The notes under the pieces: generated by a model | What the model was told of the DNA's origin: nothing | Database searches by the model: none | Seen by the model: the letters and a program-made list of their open reading frames with translations, nothing else | Made by a program: the position numbers and the translations under genes | NCBI GenBank assembly: GCA_003138355.1 | Contig: PLFX01000043.1 | Span: 53,848 to 117,847, forward strand | Source: Solirubrobacterales bacterium | GTDB lineage: Bacteria > Actinomycetota > Thermoleophilia > Solirubrobacterales > Solirubrobacteraceae | Direction: 5' to 3' | DNA: 64,000 nt | Shown here: positions 9,834-18,874 of the stretch, one piece after another | Layout: every line of letters starts with the position of its first letter | How positions within the stretch are numbered: the first letter of the stretch is position 1

Positions 9834-9909
9834 CGGCGTCGTCATAGCGCAAGCATCGTTGCAGACGAGAAAAGTCTCAACTCTCAAGTTATTCATCGAC
9901 TTCAGTCAA

Positions 9910-10749
9910 TCATCCTGAAGTGGAGGTTGAGGTGCTTCCCGGTAGCGTTCCGCTCGCCCCGGTGACCGTCGTGGGGCCTGTGCTGGCGGGGGGTATGGTC
10001 GCCTGGTCGTCGACAGCCGCGGCCGGGCGCGACGGCAGCGAGACGTCGATGTAGCGCGCACCTTGCGAGGTGCGGCTGGCGAGGACCGCCGCCGTGGCGT
10101 CCCATTTCGCGTGCACCAGCAGCGCGTCGCCGAAGTAGACGAGCGGCCCGCCGCGCAAGCGAACGGTGAGACCCTCGTTCGAGAGGCGCACAGCAAAGAC
10201 GCGCGCGCGCAGCGCCGGTGGGGCCGCCTCGAGCAGGGCGAGCTCGCCGCGGGCGAGCGACCCGGAGACGCGCCCCTCGACCGGCGCGCGTGTCGCACTG
10301 ATCAGCGGCAGCGAGTGCGAGGGGACGAGGCCCGCGAGCACGCGCCCGTCAGCGGAGACCGCGAGCATGTTGCCGCCGGCGGCGAGCCGTGCGATCGGCT
10401 GGCGCTCCACGACCTGGACGACGACGCCATGAGGGAAGTGGGTATGGACGTTCACAGTCGCGACCGCGTTGTAGCCGGATACGGCCTGGCGCAGCCGCGA
10501 CGCCGAGAAGTCCGTCGTTGTCATCTCGCGTGCGGTCAGCGTGATCGTCGATGAGATCTGAGGCGCGGCATTGCCCGACAGACCCGTGACCGTGACGTTC
10601 TCGACTTGGAACAGCGGTAGCGTGCGCAGCAGGCCGAGCCAGAGACCGTAGGTCCCGAGCGCTGCCAGCGCTACGCCCGCGAGCTTGTAGCGCACGTACA
10701 CGTTCGTGGGTTTCGCGTTCCCGGCGTAAACCCCTACTGCGCTTCCCAC
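9910..10749 (-). CDS. ftsQ: cell division protein FtsQ/DivIB (POTRA domain)
   Basis: 279 aa. One N-terminal TM segment (LAGVALAALGTYGLWLGLL) is followed by the POTRA-like 'FQVENVTVTGLSGN'. Lies between murB and ftsZ. Confidence 0.75.
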   Translation of the reverse strand: MGSAVGVYAGNAKPTNVYVRYKLAGVALAALGTYGLWLGLLRTLPLFQVENVTVTGLSGNAAPQISSTITLTAREMTTTDFSASRLRQAVSGYNAVATVNVHTHFPHGVVVQVVERQPIARLAAGGNMLAVSADGRVLAGLVPSHSLPLISATRAPVEGRVSGSLARGELALLEAAPPALRARVFAVRLSNEGLTVRLRGGPLVYFGDALLVHAKWDATAAVLASRTSQGARYIDVSLPSRPAAAVDDQATIPPASTGPTTVTGASGTLPGSTSTSTSG

Positions 10750-11624
10750 GGGAAGCTGACCGCCCCGAGAACCTGGACCTCGCGTTCGAGCTCCACTCCA
10801 TGGCGCTCGAGCACGAGCTCGCGCGCCATCGCCATCAACGCCACGACGTCCGCGGTCGTCGCATCGCCGAGGTTCTCGACGAAGTTGGCGTGCTTCGGCG
10901 AGAGGCGTGCGCCACCGGCGCGCAGGCCGCCGGCGCCGGCGTCGGCGAGTAGCTGTCCGGCGGTCGCGCCTGGCGGATTCTTGAATGTCGAGCCGAAGGT
11001 CTTGATCCCCTTAGGTTGGGCCGCGTGGCGTGCGGCGCGCATCTGCGCGAGCGCCGCACGGACCGACTCAGGCGGTGCCGGGCGCAGCGCGAAGCGAGCC
11101 GCCGTGACGATCTCACCGGGCCCGAGGTTCGAGCTGCGGTAGGCAAAGCCGAGCTCCTGTGGGCGGCGGCGCTCGACAACGCGAGCGCTCACGACCTCGA
11201 CCCACGCGAGCGCGTCCGCGAGCGAGCCGTCGTAGGCATTCGCGTTCATCCGCACAGCGCCGCCGACGGTGCCGGGGATGTTGACCGCGAACTCGATCCC
11301 CGCGAGACCGTGGGCGGCGGCGCGCGCGGCGATGCTTGGTAGGCGCGCGCCGCCGCCGCACTCGAGCCCGTCGGCGCGCACCGTGATCCGCGCGAGCTGT
11401 CCGGCCAGTTGAATGACGATTCCCGCCACCCCGTCGTCGGCAACGAGCAGGTTCGATCCGGAGCCGAGCGTATGGACCTCGAGGGCCTCCCGGTCCGCGA
11501 GACTCAGCACCTCGAGCAGGTTCGCGCTCGTCGTCACCCGCGCGAAGAGCTCGGCGTTGCCGCCGGTGCGCACGGTCGTCATCCGCGCGAGCGGGTAGTC
11601 GCGCTCGAGCTCAACCACGGGCAA
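10734..11624 (-). CDS. murB: UDP-N-acetylenolpyruvoylglucosamine reductase
   Basis: 296 aa. FAD-binding N-terminal region 'MTTVRTGGNAELF...LGSGSNLLV' and MurB C-terminal region 'GSTFKNP'. Confidence 0.9.
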   Translation of the reverse strand: MPVVELERDYPLARMTTVRTGGNAELFARVTTSANLLEVLSLADREALEVHTLGSGSNLLVADDGVAGIVIQLAGQLARITVRADGLECGGGARLPSIAARAAAHGLAGIEFAVNIPGTVGGAVRMNANAYDGSLADALAWVEVVSARVVERRRPQELGFAYRSSNLGPGEIVTAARFALRPAPPESVRAALAQMRAARHAAQPKGIKTFGSTFKNPPGATAGQLLADAGAGGLRAGGARLSPKHANFVENLGDATTADVVALMAMARELVLERHGVELEREVQVLGAVSFPWEAQ

Positions 11625-12963
11625 GTCGCCGCCCGAGCTCGTCGATGTCGCCCGCCCCCATGACGACCACGATGTCGCCTTCCGCGATCAGCCCGCGCAG
11701 GACCCGCTCGGCGAGCTCGGGATCGGGCAGCCAGTACACCGGCCGTCCCGCCGCCACGTCCGCCGTCGCTTCGGCGATGAGCAGTCCGCTGACGCCGGGG
11801 AAGTCCTCCGCGCGCTCGCGCGCTGGGTAGACGTCGAGGACCGCGACGACATCCGCCGCGGCGAGCGACTCCCCGAACTCGCGCGCAAGCGCGCGCGTCC
11901 GGCTGAACAGGTGCGGCTGAAAGACCGCAATCAAGCGGTTGGGTCCAAGCGTGCGCGCGGCGGCGAGCGTCGCGCGGATCTCCGTCGGGTGGTGTGCATA
12001 GTCGTCGTACACCTCTCCCCCGCCGGCATCGCGACCGAGACGCTCGAAGCGCCGCCCGGCGCCGCGGAAACCGGCGAGCGCGCGGGCCGCTACATCCGGC
12101 TCGACGCCGATCGCGCGCGCGACCGTGAGCGCCGCGGCGGCGTTGCGGGCATTGTGCTCGCCGGGGACGCGCAGCTCGAGCGTTAGGTCATCGAAGCAAA
12201 TCCGCGAGCCGCCCGGCGTCAGCTCCGGCTGCGCGTCGTAGGTGAGTAGCGGCGCTGGAGCCCCGCCTGGCGGTGGCTCGCGCAACGCCCGCAGTTCGGG
12301 TCGATCCCAGACCACCGCCTGTGGCGCGCCGGCCAGGAACTCGCGGTAGACGGCCTCGAGCTCATGCAGCGAGCCGAAGCGGTCGTGGTGGTCGAGCTCG
12401 ACGTTCGTGAGCACCGCGATCTCGACCACAAGCGAGAGCAGTGACTTATCGGACTCGTCGGCCTCGACGACGAGCCACTCGCCCGTGCCCCAGTGACCGC
12501 CGCGGCCGGTGTCGCGCACGACACCGCCGATCAGATAGCCGGGATCGAGCCCGGCCTCGATCAGCACCACGGCGATCATGCTCGCCACGGTCGTCTTGCC
12601 GTGCGCGCCGGCAACGGCGATCGTCCGACGCAGCGCACTGAGCTCCGCGAGCAGCTCCGCCCGGCTGCCAACGCGCAGCCCGCGCTGAGCCGCCGCCTCG
12701 CGCTCGGGATTGGCCGTGGCGATGGCGCTCGAGACGAAGACCTCGACGTCTTCACCCGCGGGGATGTTCTCGGCCGCGTGCCCGATGTGGAGCTCGCTGA
12801 GCACAGCGTCCGCGAGAAGCCCGCGGGAGAACTCCGACTCGCTCTGGTCGGAGCCGGTCACGCTCGCACCGAGCTCGTGCGCCGCGCGCGCGTAAGCGCT
12901 CATTCCGGCGCCGCCGACGCCGATCAGGTGAAGCCGGCGCCCCGACCAGCGACCGGCGCTCAC
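11611..12963 (-). CDS. murC: UDP-N-acetylmuramate--L-alanine ligase
   Basis: 450 aa. Contains 'IGVGGAGMSAYA' and the Mur ligase P-loop 'AGAHGKTTVASM'. Confidence 0.93.
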   Translation of the reverse strand: MSAGRWSGRRLHLIGVGGAGMSAYARAAHELGASVTGSDQSESEFSRGLLADAVLSELHIGHAAENIPAGEDVEVFVSSAIATANPEREAAAQRGLRVGSRAELLAELSALRRTIAVAGAHGKTTVASMIAVVLIEAGLDPGYLIGGVVRDTGRGGHWGTGEWLVVEADESDKSLLSLVVEIAVLTNVELDHHDRFGSLHELEAVYREFLAGAPQAVVWDRPELRALREPPPGGAPAPLLTYDAQPELTPGGSRICFDDLTLELRVPGEHNARNAAAALTVARAIGVEPDVAARALAGFRGAGRRFERLGRDAGGGEVYDDYAHHPTEIRATLAAARTLGPNRLIAVFQPHLFSRTRALAREFGESLAAADVVAVLDVYPARERAEDFPGVSGLLIAEATADVAAGRPVYWLPDPELAERVLRGLIAEGDIVVVMGAGDIDELGRRLARG

Positions 12964-14027
12964 GCGTACGACACCGCCATGACCTCAGCGGCGATCGCAC
13001 TCGCCGCCTGCGGTCGCGCGAGCGCGAGCGCGGCGTTGGACATCGCCGCGCGCCGCGCGGGATCGCCGATCAGGCGGCCCACCTCGCTCGCCAGCCGTGG
13101 CCCGTTCAGCTCGGCGTCGGGCAGCATCAGCGCCGCCCCGCCGGCGACCATCCACGCTGCGTTGCTCGTCTGGTGGTCGGCCGTCGCGTGCGGATAAGGG
13201 ATCAGGATCGCCGGGCGCCCGTGCGCCGCGATCTCGAAGATCGAGCCGCCGGCGCGCGCGACGACGAGATCGCAAGCGGCGAGCGCCACAGCGAACTCGG
13301 CGGGCGCGAGGTACTCGACTATCTCGTATTGCGGTCCGTGGTCGCGGGTGCGCAGCGCCGGCCAGTCGCGCGTTCCCGTCACGTGGAGGACACGAAAGCT
13401 CGCACCGCTGAGGCCGGCGAGCGCCGCCTCGTTGATCGAGTGGGCGCCAAGCGAGCCGCCGAAGACGAGCACCATGAGATCGTCGCGGTCGAGGCGGTAG
13501 CGCCGGCGCGCGGCGACCCGGTCCATCTCGGGTAGCGCAACGGCGCGCCCGGTCACGAGGTAGCGCGGTCCGTCGCATCCGGCGATCGGAAAAGCGAGGC
13601 AGATCCGGCGCGCGAACGGCGCCAGCGTGCGGTTCGCGACCCCGAGGTGGCTGTCGGCTTCACAGAGCACGAGCGGTAGGCGGAGCGAGACCGCCGCAAG
13701 GCCGACCGGGCCCGCCACGTAGCCACCCCCGCCAAGGACCGCGGTCGTCGATCGCTCCCGCAGGATCGCTCGCGCCGCGGCCGTTGCGCGGCTCGCCGTG
13801 GCAAGGGCGAGCGACGCCTTGAGCGGGTTGTGCCGGTCGATGCCGCGCACGGTGATCCGCTCGAGCTCATAGCCGGCGGCCGGAACGAGCTCACGCTCGG
13901 CACGGTCGCCACCGATGAAATAGACGCTAGCCCCGCGCGTGCGAAGCGCGCCGGCCACTGCCAGCGCCGGCATGACGTGTCCTGCCGTCCCGCCGGCTGC
14001 GATCGCGATCTGCGGCTGTGCGCTCAC
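12960..14027 (-). CDS. murG: undecaprenyldiphospho-muramoylpentapeptide beta-N-acetylglucosaminyltransferase
   Basis: 355 aa. Has the N-terminal G-loop 'IAAGGTAGHVMPALA'. Lies in the dcw cluster. Confidence 0.93.
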   Translation of the reverse strand: MSAQPQIAIAAGGTAGHVMPALAVAGALRTRGASVYFIGGDRAERELVPAAGYELERITVRGIDRHNPLKASLALATASRATAAARAILRERSTTAVLGGGGYVAGPVGLAAVSLRLPLVLCEADSHLGVANRTLAPFARRICLAFPIAGCDGPRYLVTGRAVALPEMDRVAARRRYRLDRDDLMVLVFGGSLGAHSINEAALAGLSGASFRVLHVTGTRDWPALRTRDHGPQYEIVEYLAPAEFAVALAACDLVVARAGGSIFEIAAHGRPAILIPYPHATADHQTSNAAWMVAGGAALMLPDAELNGPRLASEVGRLIGDPARRAAMSNAALALARPQAASAIAAEVMAVSYA

Positions 14028-15201
14028 TCTCGGATCGTCGCGCGTTTTGCTCGCTCGTGCGCTCCACCACGTGCAGACCAGCCGCGCTCTCGCGTGACAC
14101 GGCGAGGAGCCCGCCGAGCGCGGCGAGCATCACGAGCAGGCTCGAGGAGCCATAGGAGACGAAAGGAAGCGGCACACCCGTCAGCGGCGCAAGGCTGAGG
14201 ACGGCGAAGACGTTCAGCACAGCCTGCACGCCGATCAGTGCCGTGATTCCCGTGGCGAGCACCAGCGAATAGGAATCGCGCGCCGAGCGCGCGATGCGCA
14301 GCCCCGCGTACAGCATCAGCCCGTAGAGGAACAGCACGCTGCAGATGCCGACGACGCCGAGCTCCTCACCGATCACGGCGAGGATGAAGTCGGTGGAGCC
14401 GTTCGGGAGGTAGAAGTCCTTCGTGATGCCGTTGCCGGGGCCGCGACCGAGCAACCCGCCCGAGCCGATCGCGATCTGTCCCTGGACCGCTTGATAGCCG
14501 GTCGTGCTCGCGTGCGACCACGGGTCGACGAACGAGCTCAGACGATCGAAGGCGTAGCGGTTCACGAGTGCGAAGCCGAACACGAGGACGATCGCGACCA
14601 GCAATCCGTAACCGAGCGTCCGCAGCGGCACCCCGGCCACCACGACCATCGAACCGAGCGTGAACGTGATCACGAGCGTCGTCCCCAGATCCGGCTGGGT
14701 GACGACGAGCAGCGCCGCCGCGGCGCCGACGATCGCGATCCGCTTCAGTGCGATGCGAAGCGCCGGCGGGCTGCCGACACGGCCCGCCAGGACCTGTGCC
14801 GCGTAGAGGACGAGCGCGAGCTTCATCAGCTCTGACGGCTCGAAGTTGAAGGGGCCAACCCCGATCCACCGCTGCGCGCCGTTCGACGCGTGACCGACGT
14901 GCGGGAGGTGCACCGCCAGTAGCAGGATGAAGGCGAGGAACAGCAGCGGGCCGGTCAGGGCGCGCAACGCGCCGACGCCGCGCCGCGCGATCAGCCAGGC
15001 GGCGCCGAGCCCGACGGCGCCCCAGACCGCGAAGCTGATCAGCTCGCTGGCGCCGCTGCCGCCGCTCGAGAGGAGGCTCGGGGCAGAGGCGCTGTAGACC
15101 ATGACGGCGCCGAGCGCGAACAGGCACAGGGCCGCGGTGATCAGCGCGTCGGCCGAACGGTCGCGGGGCCGGGCGGCGCGGGCGGCGAGGGCATGGGCCA
15201 T
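13927..15201 (-). CDS. ftsW: SEDS family peptidoglycan glycosyltransferase FtsW
   Basis: 424 aa multi-TM FtsW/RodA family protein ('PSELMKLALVLYAA', 'GSTDFILAVIGEELG'). Lies between murD and murG. Its Arg/Ser-rich tail overlaps murG by 101 nt. Confidence 0.85.
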   Translation of the reverse strand: MAHALAARAARPRDRSADALITAALCLFALGAVMVYSASAPSLLSSGGSGASELISFAVWGAVGLGAAWLIARRGVGALRALTGPLLFLAFILLLAVHLPHVGHASNGAQRWIGVGPFNFEPSELMKLALVLYAAQVLAGRVGSPPALRIALKRIAIVGAAAALLVVTQPDLGTTLVITFTLGSMVVVAGVPLRTLGYGLLVAIVLVFGFALVNRYAFDRLSSFVDPWSHASTTGYQAVQGQIAIGSGGLLGRGPGNGITKDFYLPNGSTDFILAVIGEELGVVGICSVLFLYGLMLYAGLRIARSARDSYSLVLATGITALIGVQAVLNVFAVLSLAPLTGVPLPFVSYGSSSLLVMLAALGGLLAVSRESAAGLHVVERTSEQNARRSESERTAADRDRSRRDGRTRHAGAGSGRRASHARG

Positions 15202-15228
15202 CGCCTTTTTCTTTCTACGTGCGAGCGG

Positions 15229-16524
15229 TCAGGCCTGCTCGTCGACGAGCATCCGGAAGGCGTCGCCGCGCGCCTCGAAGTCATCGAACTGATCGAAGCT
15301 CGCACACGCGGGGCTGAGCAGGACGACCTGGCCGCGATGGGCGAGCCGGCGGGCGTGCTCGACGGCCTCGGCGAGCGTCTCGACGCGGGTGCAGGGCAAG
15401 CCGGCCAGAGCGTCCGCGATACGTGGGCCGTCCTCCCCGATCACGTACACGTGCGCCGCGCGCTCGGCGACCGCCTCACGCAGCAGCGTGAAGTCCTGGC
15501 CCTTGCCGCGGCCGCCGAGAATCAACAAGACGCTGCCGGGCTCGAATGCCGCGAGCGCGACGAGGGTGCTCGCGATGTTCGTCGCCTTCGAATCGTTGAC
15601 ATAGGTGACGCCACCGATCTGCGAGATCTCCTCGAGGCGGTGGGCAACGCCACGGAACGCAACAAGTGCGCTGTGGACCGCTTCGAGCGAGACGCCGCGC
15701 GCGAGGCTGACGGCCGCGGCCGCCATCGCGTCTTCGAGCGGCGCGCGCATTCGTAGCTCGGTGGTCGCCAGAAGGAGCTCGTCCTGCCAGTAGAGCGAGC
15801 CGCGCTCGAGCCGCAGCGCACACCGCTCCCCCGCCCCGAAGAGGACCGCCTGCGCGGCGCCCGTTGCGAGCGCCGCCAGCTCCTCCGGCACGACCGCGAT
15901 CGCCTCAGCGGGCTGGTTGGCGAAGATCCTCAGCTTCGCGCCGCGGTAGCGCTCGAAGCTGTGGTGTCGGTCGAGGTGGTCTGCCGTCAGGTTGAGCAGG
16001 ACGGCGGCGTCGGGAGCGAACGCGAGCGTGTCCTCGAGCTGGAACGAGGAGACCTCGCAGACGATCGTCGCATCGGGGGCCGGCGGGGCGGGCAGCAGCG
16101 TCGACAGGGCACGACCGACGTTGCCCGCAACCTCGACGGGTGCTCCGGCCGCCCGGTGGATCTCGCCGATCAGCTCGACCGTCGTCGTCTTTCCGTTGGT
16201 GCCGGTGACGGCGATCAGCTCGTTGGGCAGCAACCGCCACGCGAGCTCGACCTCACCGATCACCGGGACACCACGCGCCAGTGCCGCCTCGATCAGCGGT
16301 GCCTCGCGCGGCACGCCGGGGCTCTTGACGACACAGGCGACGCGCTCGAGCAGCTCCACCCCCTGACCGCCGCACGCGAGCTCGATCCCCTCGAGCGGAT
16401 CGCACTCGCCGGCGTCGTACGCGATCACACGCTCGCCGCGAGCCACCAGTGCAGCGGCCGCCGCCCGGCCCGAACGTGCGAATCCGGCTACGAGGTAGGG
16501 CCCTCGGGGGGGCGGTGGCCTCAC
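15229..16524 (-). CDS. murD: UDP-N-acetylmuramoylalanine--D-glutamate ligase
   Basis: Mur ligase P-loop 'VTGTNGKTTTVELI'. I place the start at GTG 16524 (VRPPPPRGPYLVAGFARSG...), giving a GTGA overlap with the mraY stop. The rest of the 637-aa ORF overlaps mraY and is rejected. Confidence 0.88.
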   Translation of the reverse strand: MRPPPPRGPYLVAGFARSGRAAAAALVARGERVIAYDAGECDPLEGIELACGGQGVELLERVACVVKSPGVPREAPLIEAALARGVPVIGEVELAWRLLPNELIAVTGTNGKTTTVELIGEIHRAAGAPVEVAGNVGRALSTLLPAPPAPDATIVCEVSSFQLEDTLAFAPDAAVLLNLTADHLDRHHSFERYRGAKLRIFANQPAEAIAVVPEELAALATGAAQAVLFGAGERCALRLERGSLYWQDELLLATTELRMRAPLEDAMAAAAVSLARGVSLEAVHSALVAFRGVAHRLEEISQIGGVTYVNDSKATNIASTLVALAAFEPGSVLLILGGRGKGQDFTLLREAVAERAAHVYVIGEDGPRIADALAGLPCTRVETLAEAVEHARRLAHRGQVVLLSPACASFDQFDDFEARGDAFRMLVDEQA

Positions 16525-17540
16525 TTGTGGATCGAGTGCTGATAGATCACGAACCCGATCGCGGCGCCGACCGAGGCAATGATCCAGAAGCGCAAGATGA
16601 TCTTCGTCTCCGACCAGCCCTTGAGCTCGAAGTGGTGGTGGATCGGCGCCATCAGGAAGACGCGCCGGCGGAAGGCCTGGAAGGAGACGACCTGGATCAG
16701 CACCGAGAGCGCCTCGATCACGAAGATGCCGCCGATCAGGATGAGCAGGAGCTCGGTCTGCGTCATCACCGCGAGGCCGGCGATCGCCCCGCCTAGCGCG
16801 AACGAGCCGGTGTCGCCCATGAAGATCGTCGCGGGGAAGGCGTTGAACCACAGAAAGCCGACGCTCACGCCGAGCAGGCAGCTCGCAAACAGCGCGAGGT
16901 CCTGATCGCCCGAGCTGATCGAGGTGATCAGGACGAAGGCGAGCAGGACGATCGCCGCGCAACCCGCGGCGAGCCCGTCGAGGCCGTCGGCGAGGTTGAC
17001 GCCGTTCGTCGTCCCGGCCACGCAGAGATAGACGACGAAGGGGTAGAGGATTCCGAGGTGGATGATCACGGGGTCGTCGAGCTTGGCGATGTGCAGGTTG
17101 AGGTTCGAGGACAGGCCGGCTTTGTGTACGGCCAGCTGCCACAGACCGACCGAGATCAGCGCGAGCGCGACCATCTTCGTCTTCGCGCGCAGCCCGAGCG
17201 AGCGGCGGCGCACGAGCTTCATGTAGTCGTCGATGAAGCCGACGAGCGCACAGGCGATCGTCACGAACAGCACGCCGAGCGCGTTCCAGTCGTACTGGCT
17301 GAGGATCAGGAACGGCGCGGCGAGCGCGGTCAGCATGATCACCCCGCCCATCGTCGGCGTGCCCGCCTTGGTCAGCAGATGGTCGGCTGGTCCGTCGTCG
17401 CGCACCTGTTGCCCGAACTCGCGTATCCGCAGGAAGCTGATGAACTTCGGGCTGAGGAAGATGCAGATCAGAAGCGACGCGGTGCCGCCGATCAGCACGC
17501 GCGCGAGCTGACTGCCGGTGGCGAGCGCCGTAGCGGTCAC
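16521..17540 (-). CDS. mraY: phospho-N-acetylmuramoyl-pentapeptide-transferase
   Basis: 339 aa. Contains 'KAGTPTMGGV' and 'NGVNLADGLDGLAAG', and is multi-TM. Confidence 0.95.
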   Translation of the reverse strand: MTATALATGSQLARVLIGGTASLLICIFLSPKFISFLRIREFGQQVRDDGPADHLLTKAGTPTMGGVIMLTALAAPFLILSQYDWNALGVLFVTIACALVGFIDDYMKLVRRRSLGLRAKTKMVALALISVGLWQLAVHKAGLSSNLNLHIAKLDDPVIIHLGILYPFVVYLCVAGTTNGVNLADGLDGLAAGCAAIVLLAFVLITSISSGDQDLALFASCLLGVSVGFLWFNAFPATIFMGDTGSFALGGAIAGLAVMTQTELLLILIGGIFVIEALSVLIQVVSFQAFRRRVFLMAPIHHHFELKGWSETKIILRFWIIASVGAAIGFVIYQHSIHK

Positions 17541-18874
17541 GAGCCCGCTCGCATCAGAGCAAGTCGGCGCGCGACGCGCTCGAGCCCGACTGCGCGCGAG
17601 GCCTTGACGAGCACGAGATCTCCGCGCTGCAGGAGCGGGGCGAGGATCGCGGCCGCCTCGTCCGCATCGGCTGCGTGGAAATGCTCGCCGCCCACGAACG
17701 TCTCGCCCGCGAGCTCGGCGAGCGCGCCTACGGTTACGAGGATCAGCACGCGTGCATCGGTCGCCTGCTCGCCGAGCACCACGTGGAATCCCGGTCCCTC
17801 GCGTCCGAGCTCGAGCATGTCGCCGAGCACGGCGATGCGGCGAACCGCCGAGCGCTCATCAGCGAGCTCGGCGAGCGCCGCACGCATCGAGACGGGGTTC
17901 GCGTTGTAGCAGTCGTTGATCAGCGTCACACCGCCCGCGAGCTCGACCCGCTCGCCCCGGAGCGGGGTCAGCTCAACCTCGAACCGCCCGCCCGTGTGCA
18001 CGCCGATCGATTCGGCGGTGGCGACCGCGGCGCAGAGGTCGCTCAAGAGATGCGCCGAGCGGAAGGGCGGGTCGAGCCGGCGCAGCTCGCCGAACGCGGC
18101 GAGCTCGACCCCCTCGTCGGTGACGCTCGACAGGCTCACGTCGCCGCCTGGGCCGAAGCGAACGACTCGCGGCCCGCGCGGTAGGTGGGCATCCAGCAAC
18201 GGTTCATCGGCGGGAATGATTGCGGTCCCGGCGGGCGGCAACGCGGCGAGTAGCTCTGCCTTGGCCGCCGCGATCGCCTCGAGCGAGCGGAGCTGCTCGA
18301 GGTGCGCCGGGCCGATGTTGACGATGAGACCGACATCCGGCTGGGCGATCGCGGCCAGCTCGGCGATCTCTCCCTTCGCGCGCATCGCGAGCTCGAGCAC
18401 GAGAACTTCGGTGCCGGCGGGTGCGCTCAGGATCGCCAGCGGCAGGCCGATCTCGGTGTTCAGGTTGCCCCGGCTGGCGACCGTCGCGCGGTGCTCGACA
18501 AGCAGCGCGGCGAGGATGTCCTTGGTCGAGGTCTTTCCGGTCGAGCCGGTTATCGCGATGACGGTCGCGCCGAGCGCCTGGCGCCAGGCTCGCGCGAGCG
18601 ACTGGAGCGCGATCAAGGGCTCGTCGTGCTCGAGGATCGTGCCGGACAGGCCATGCGCGTAACGGGGGCGCACGAGCGCACCCCACGCGCCCGCTTCGAG
18701 CGCCTGCTGCGCGAAGCGCCCGCCGTCGTCGTGCGCTCCGGCCAACCCGATGAAGAGGTCTCCCGGCTGCACCTCGCGGGAGTCGATGACGAAGCCCACC
18801 GGCCCGTCCGGACGGCCACCGAGCAGGCGCGCCCCGGCGGCCGCGGCAACGCGCTCGGCTGACCAGTCCTTCAC
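17537..18874 (-). CDS. murF: UDP-N-acetylmuramoyl-tripeptide--D-alanyl-D-alanine ligase
   Basis: 445 aa with P-loop 'ITGSTGKTSTKDIL'. Has 4-nt overlaps with both neighbours. Confidence 0.92.
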   Translation of the reverse strand: MKDWSAERVAAAAGARLLGGRPDGPVGFVIDSREVQPGDLFIGLAGAHDDGGRFAQQALEAGAWGALVRPRYAHGLSGTILEHDEPLIALQSLARAWRQALGATVIAITGSTGKTSTKDILAALLVEHRATVASRGNLNTEIGLPLAILSAPAGTEVLVLELAMRAKGEIAELAAIAQPDVGLIVNIGPAHLEQLRSLEAIAAAKAELLAALPPAGTAIIPADEPLLDAHLPRGPRVVRFGPGGDVSLSSVTDEGVELAAFGELRRLDPPFRSAHLLSDLCAAVATAESIGVHTGGRFEVELTPLRGERVELAGGVTLINDCYNANPVSMRAALAELADERSAVRRIAVLGDMLELGREGPGFHVVLGEQATDARVLILVTVGALAELAGETFVGGEHFHAADADEAAAILAPLLQRGDLVLVKASRAVGLERVARRLALMRAGS

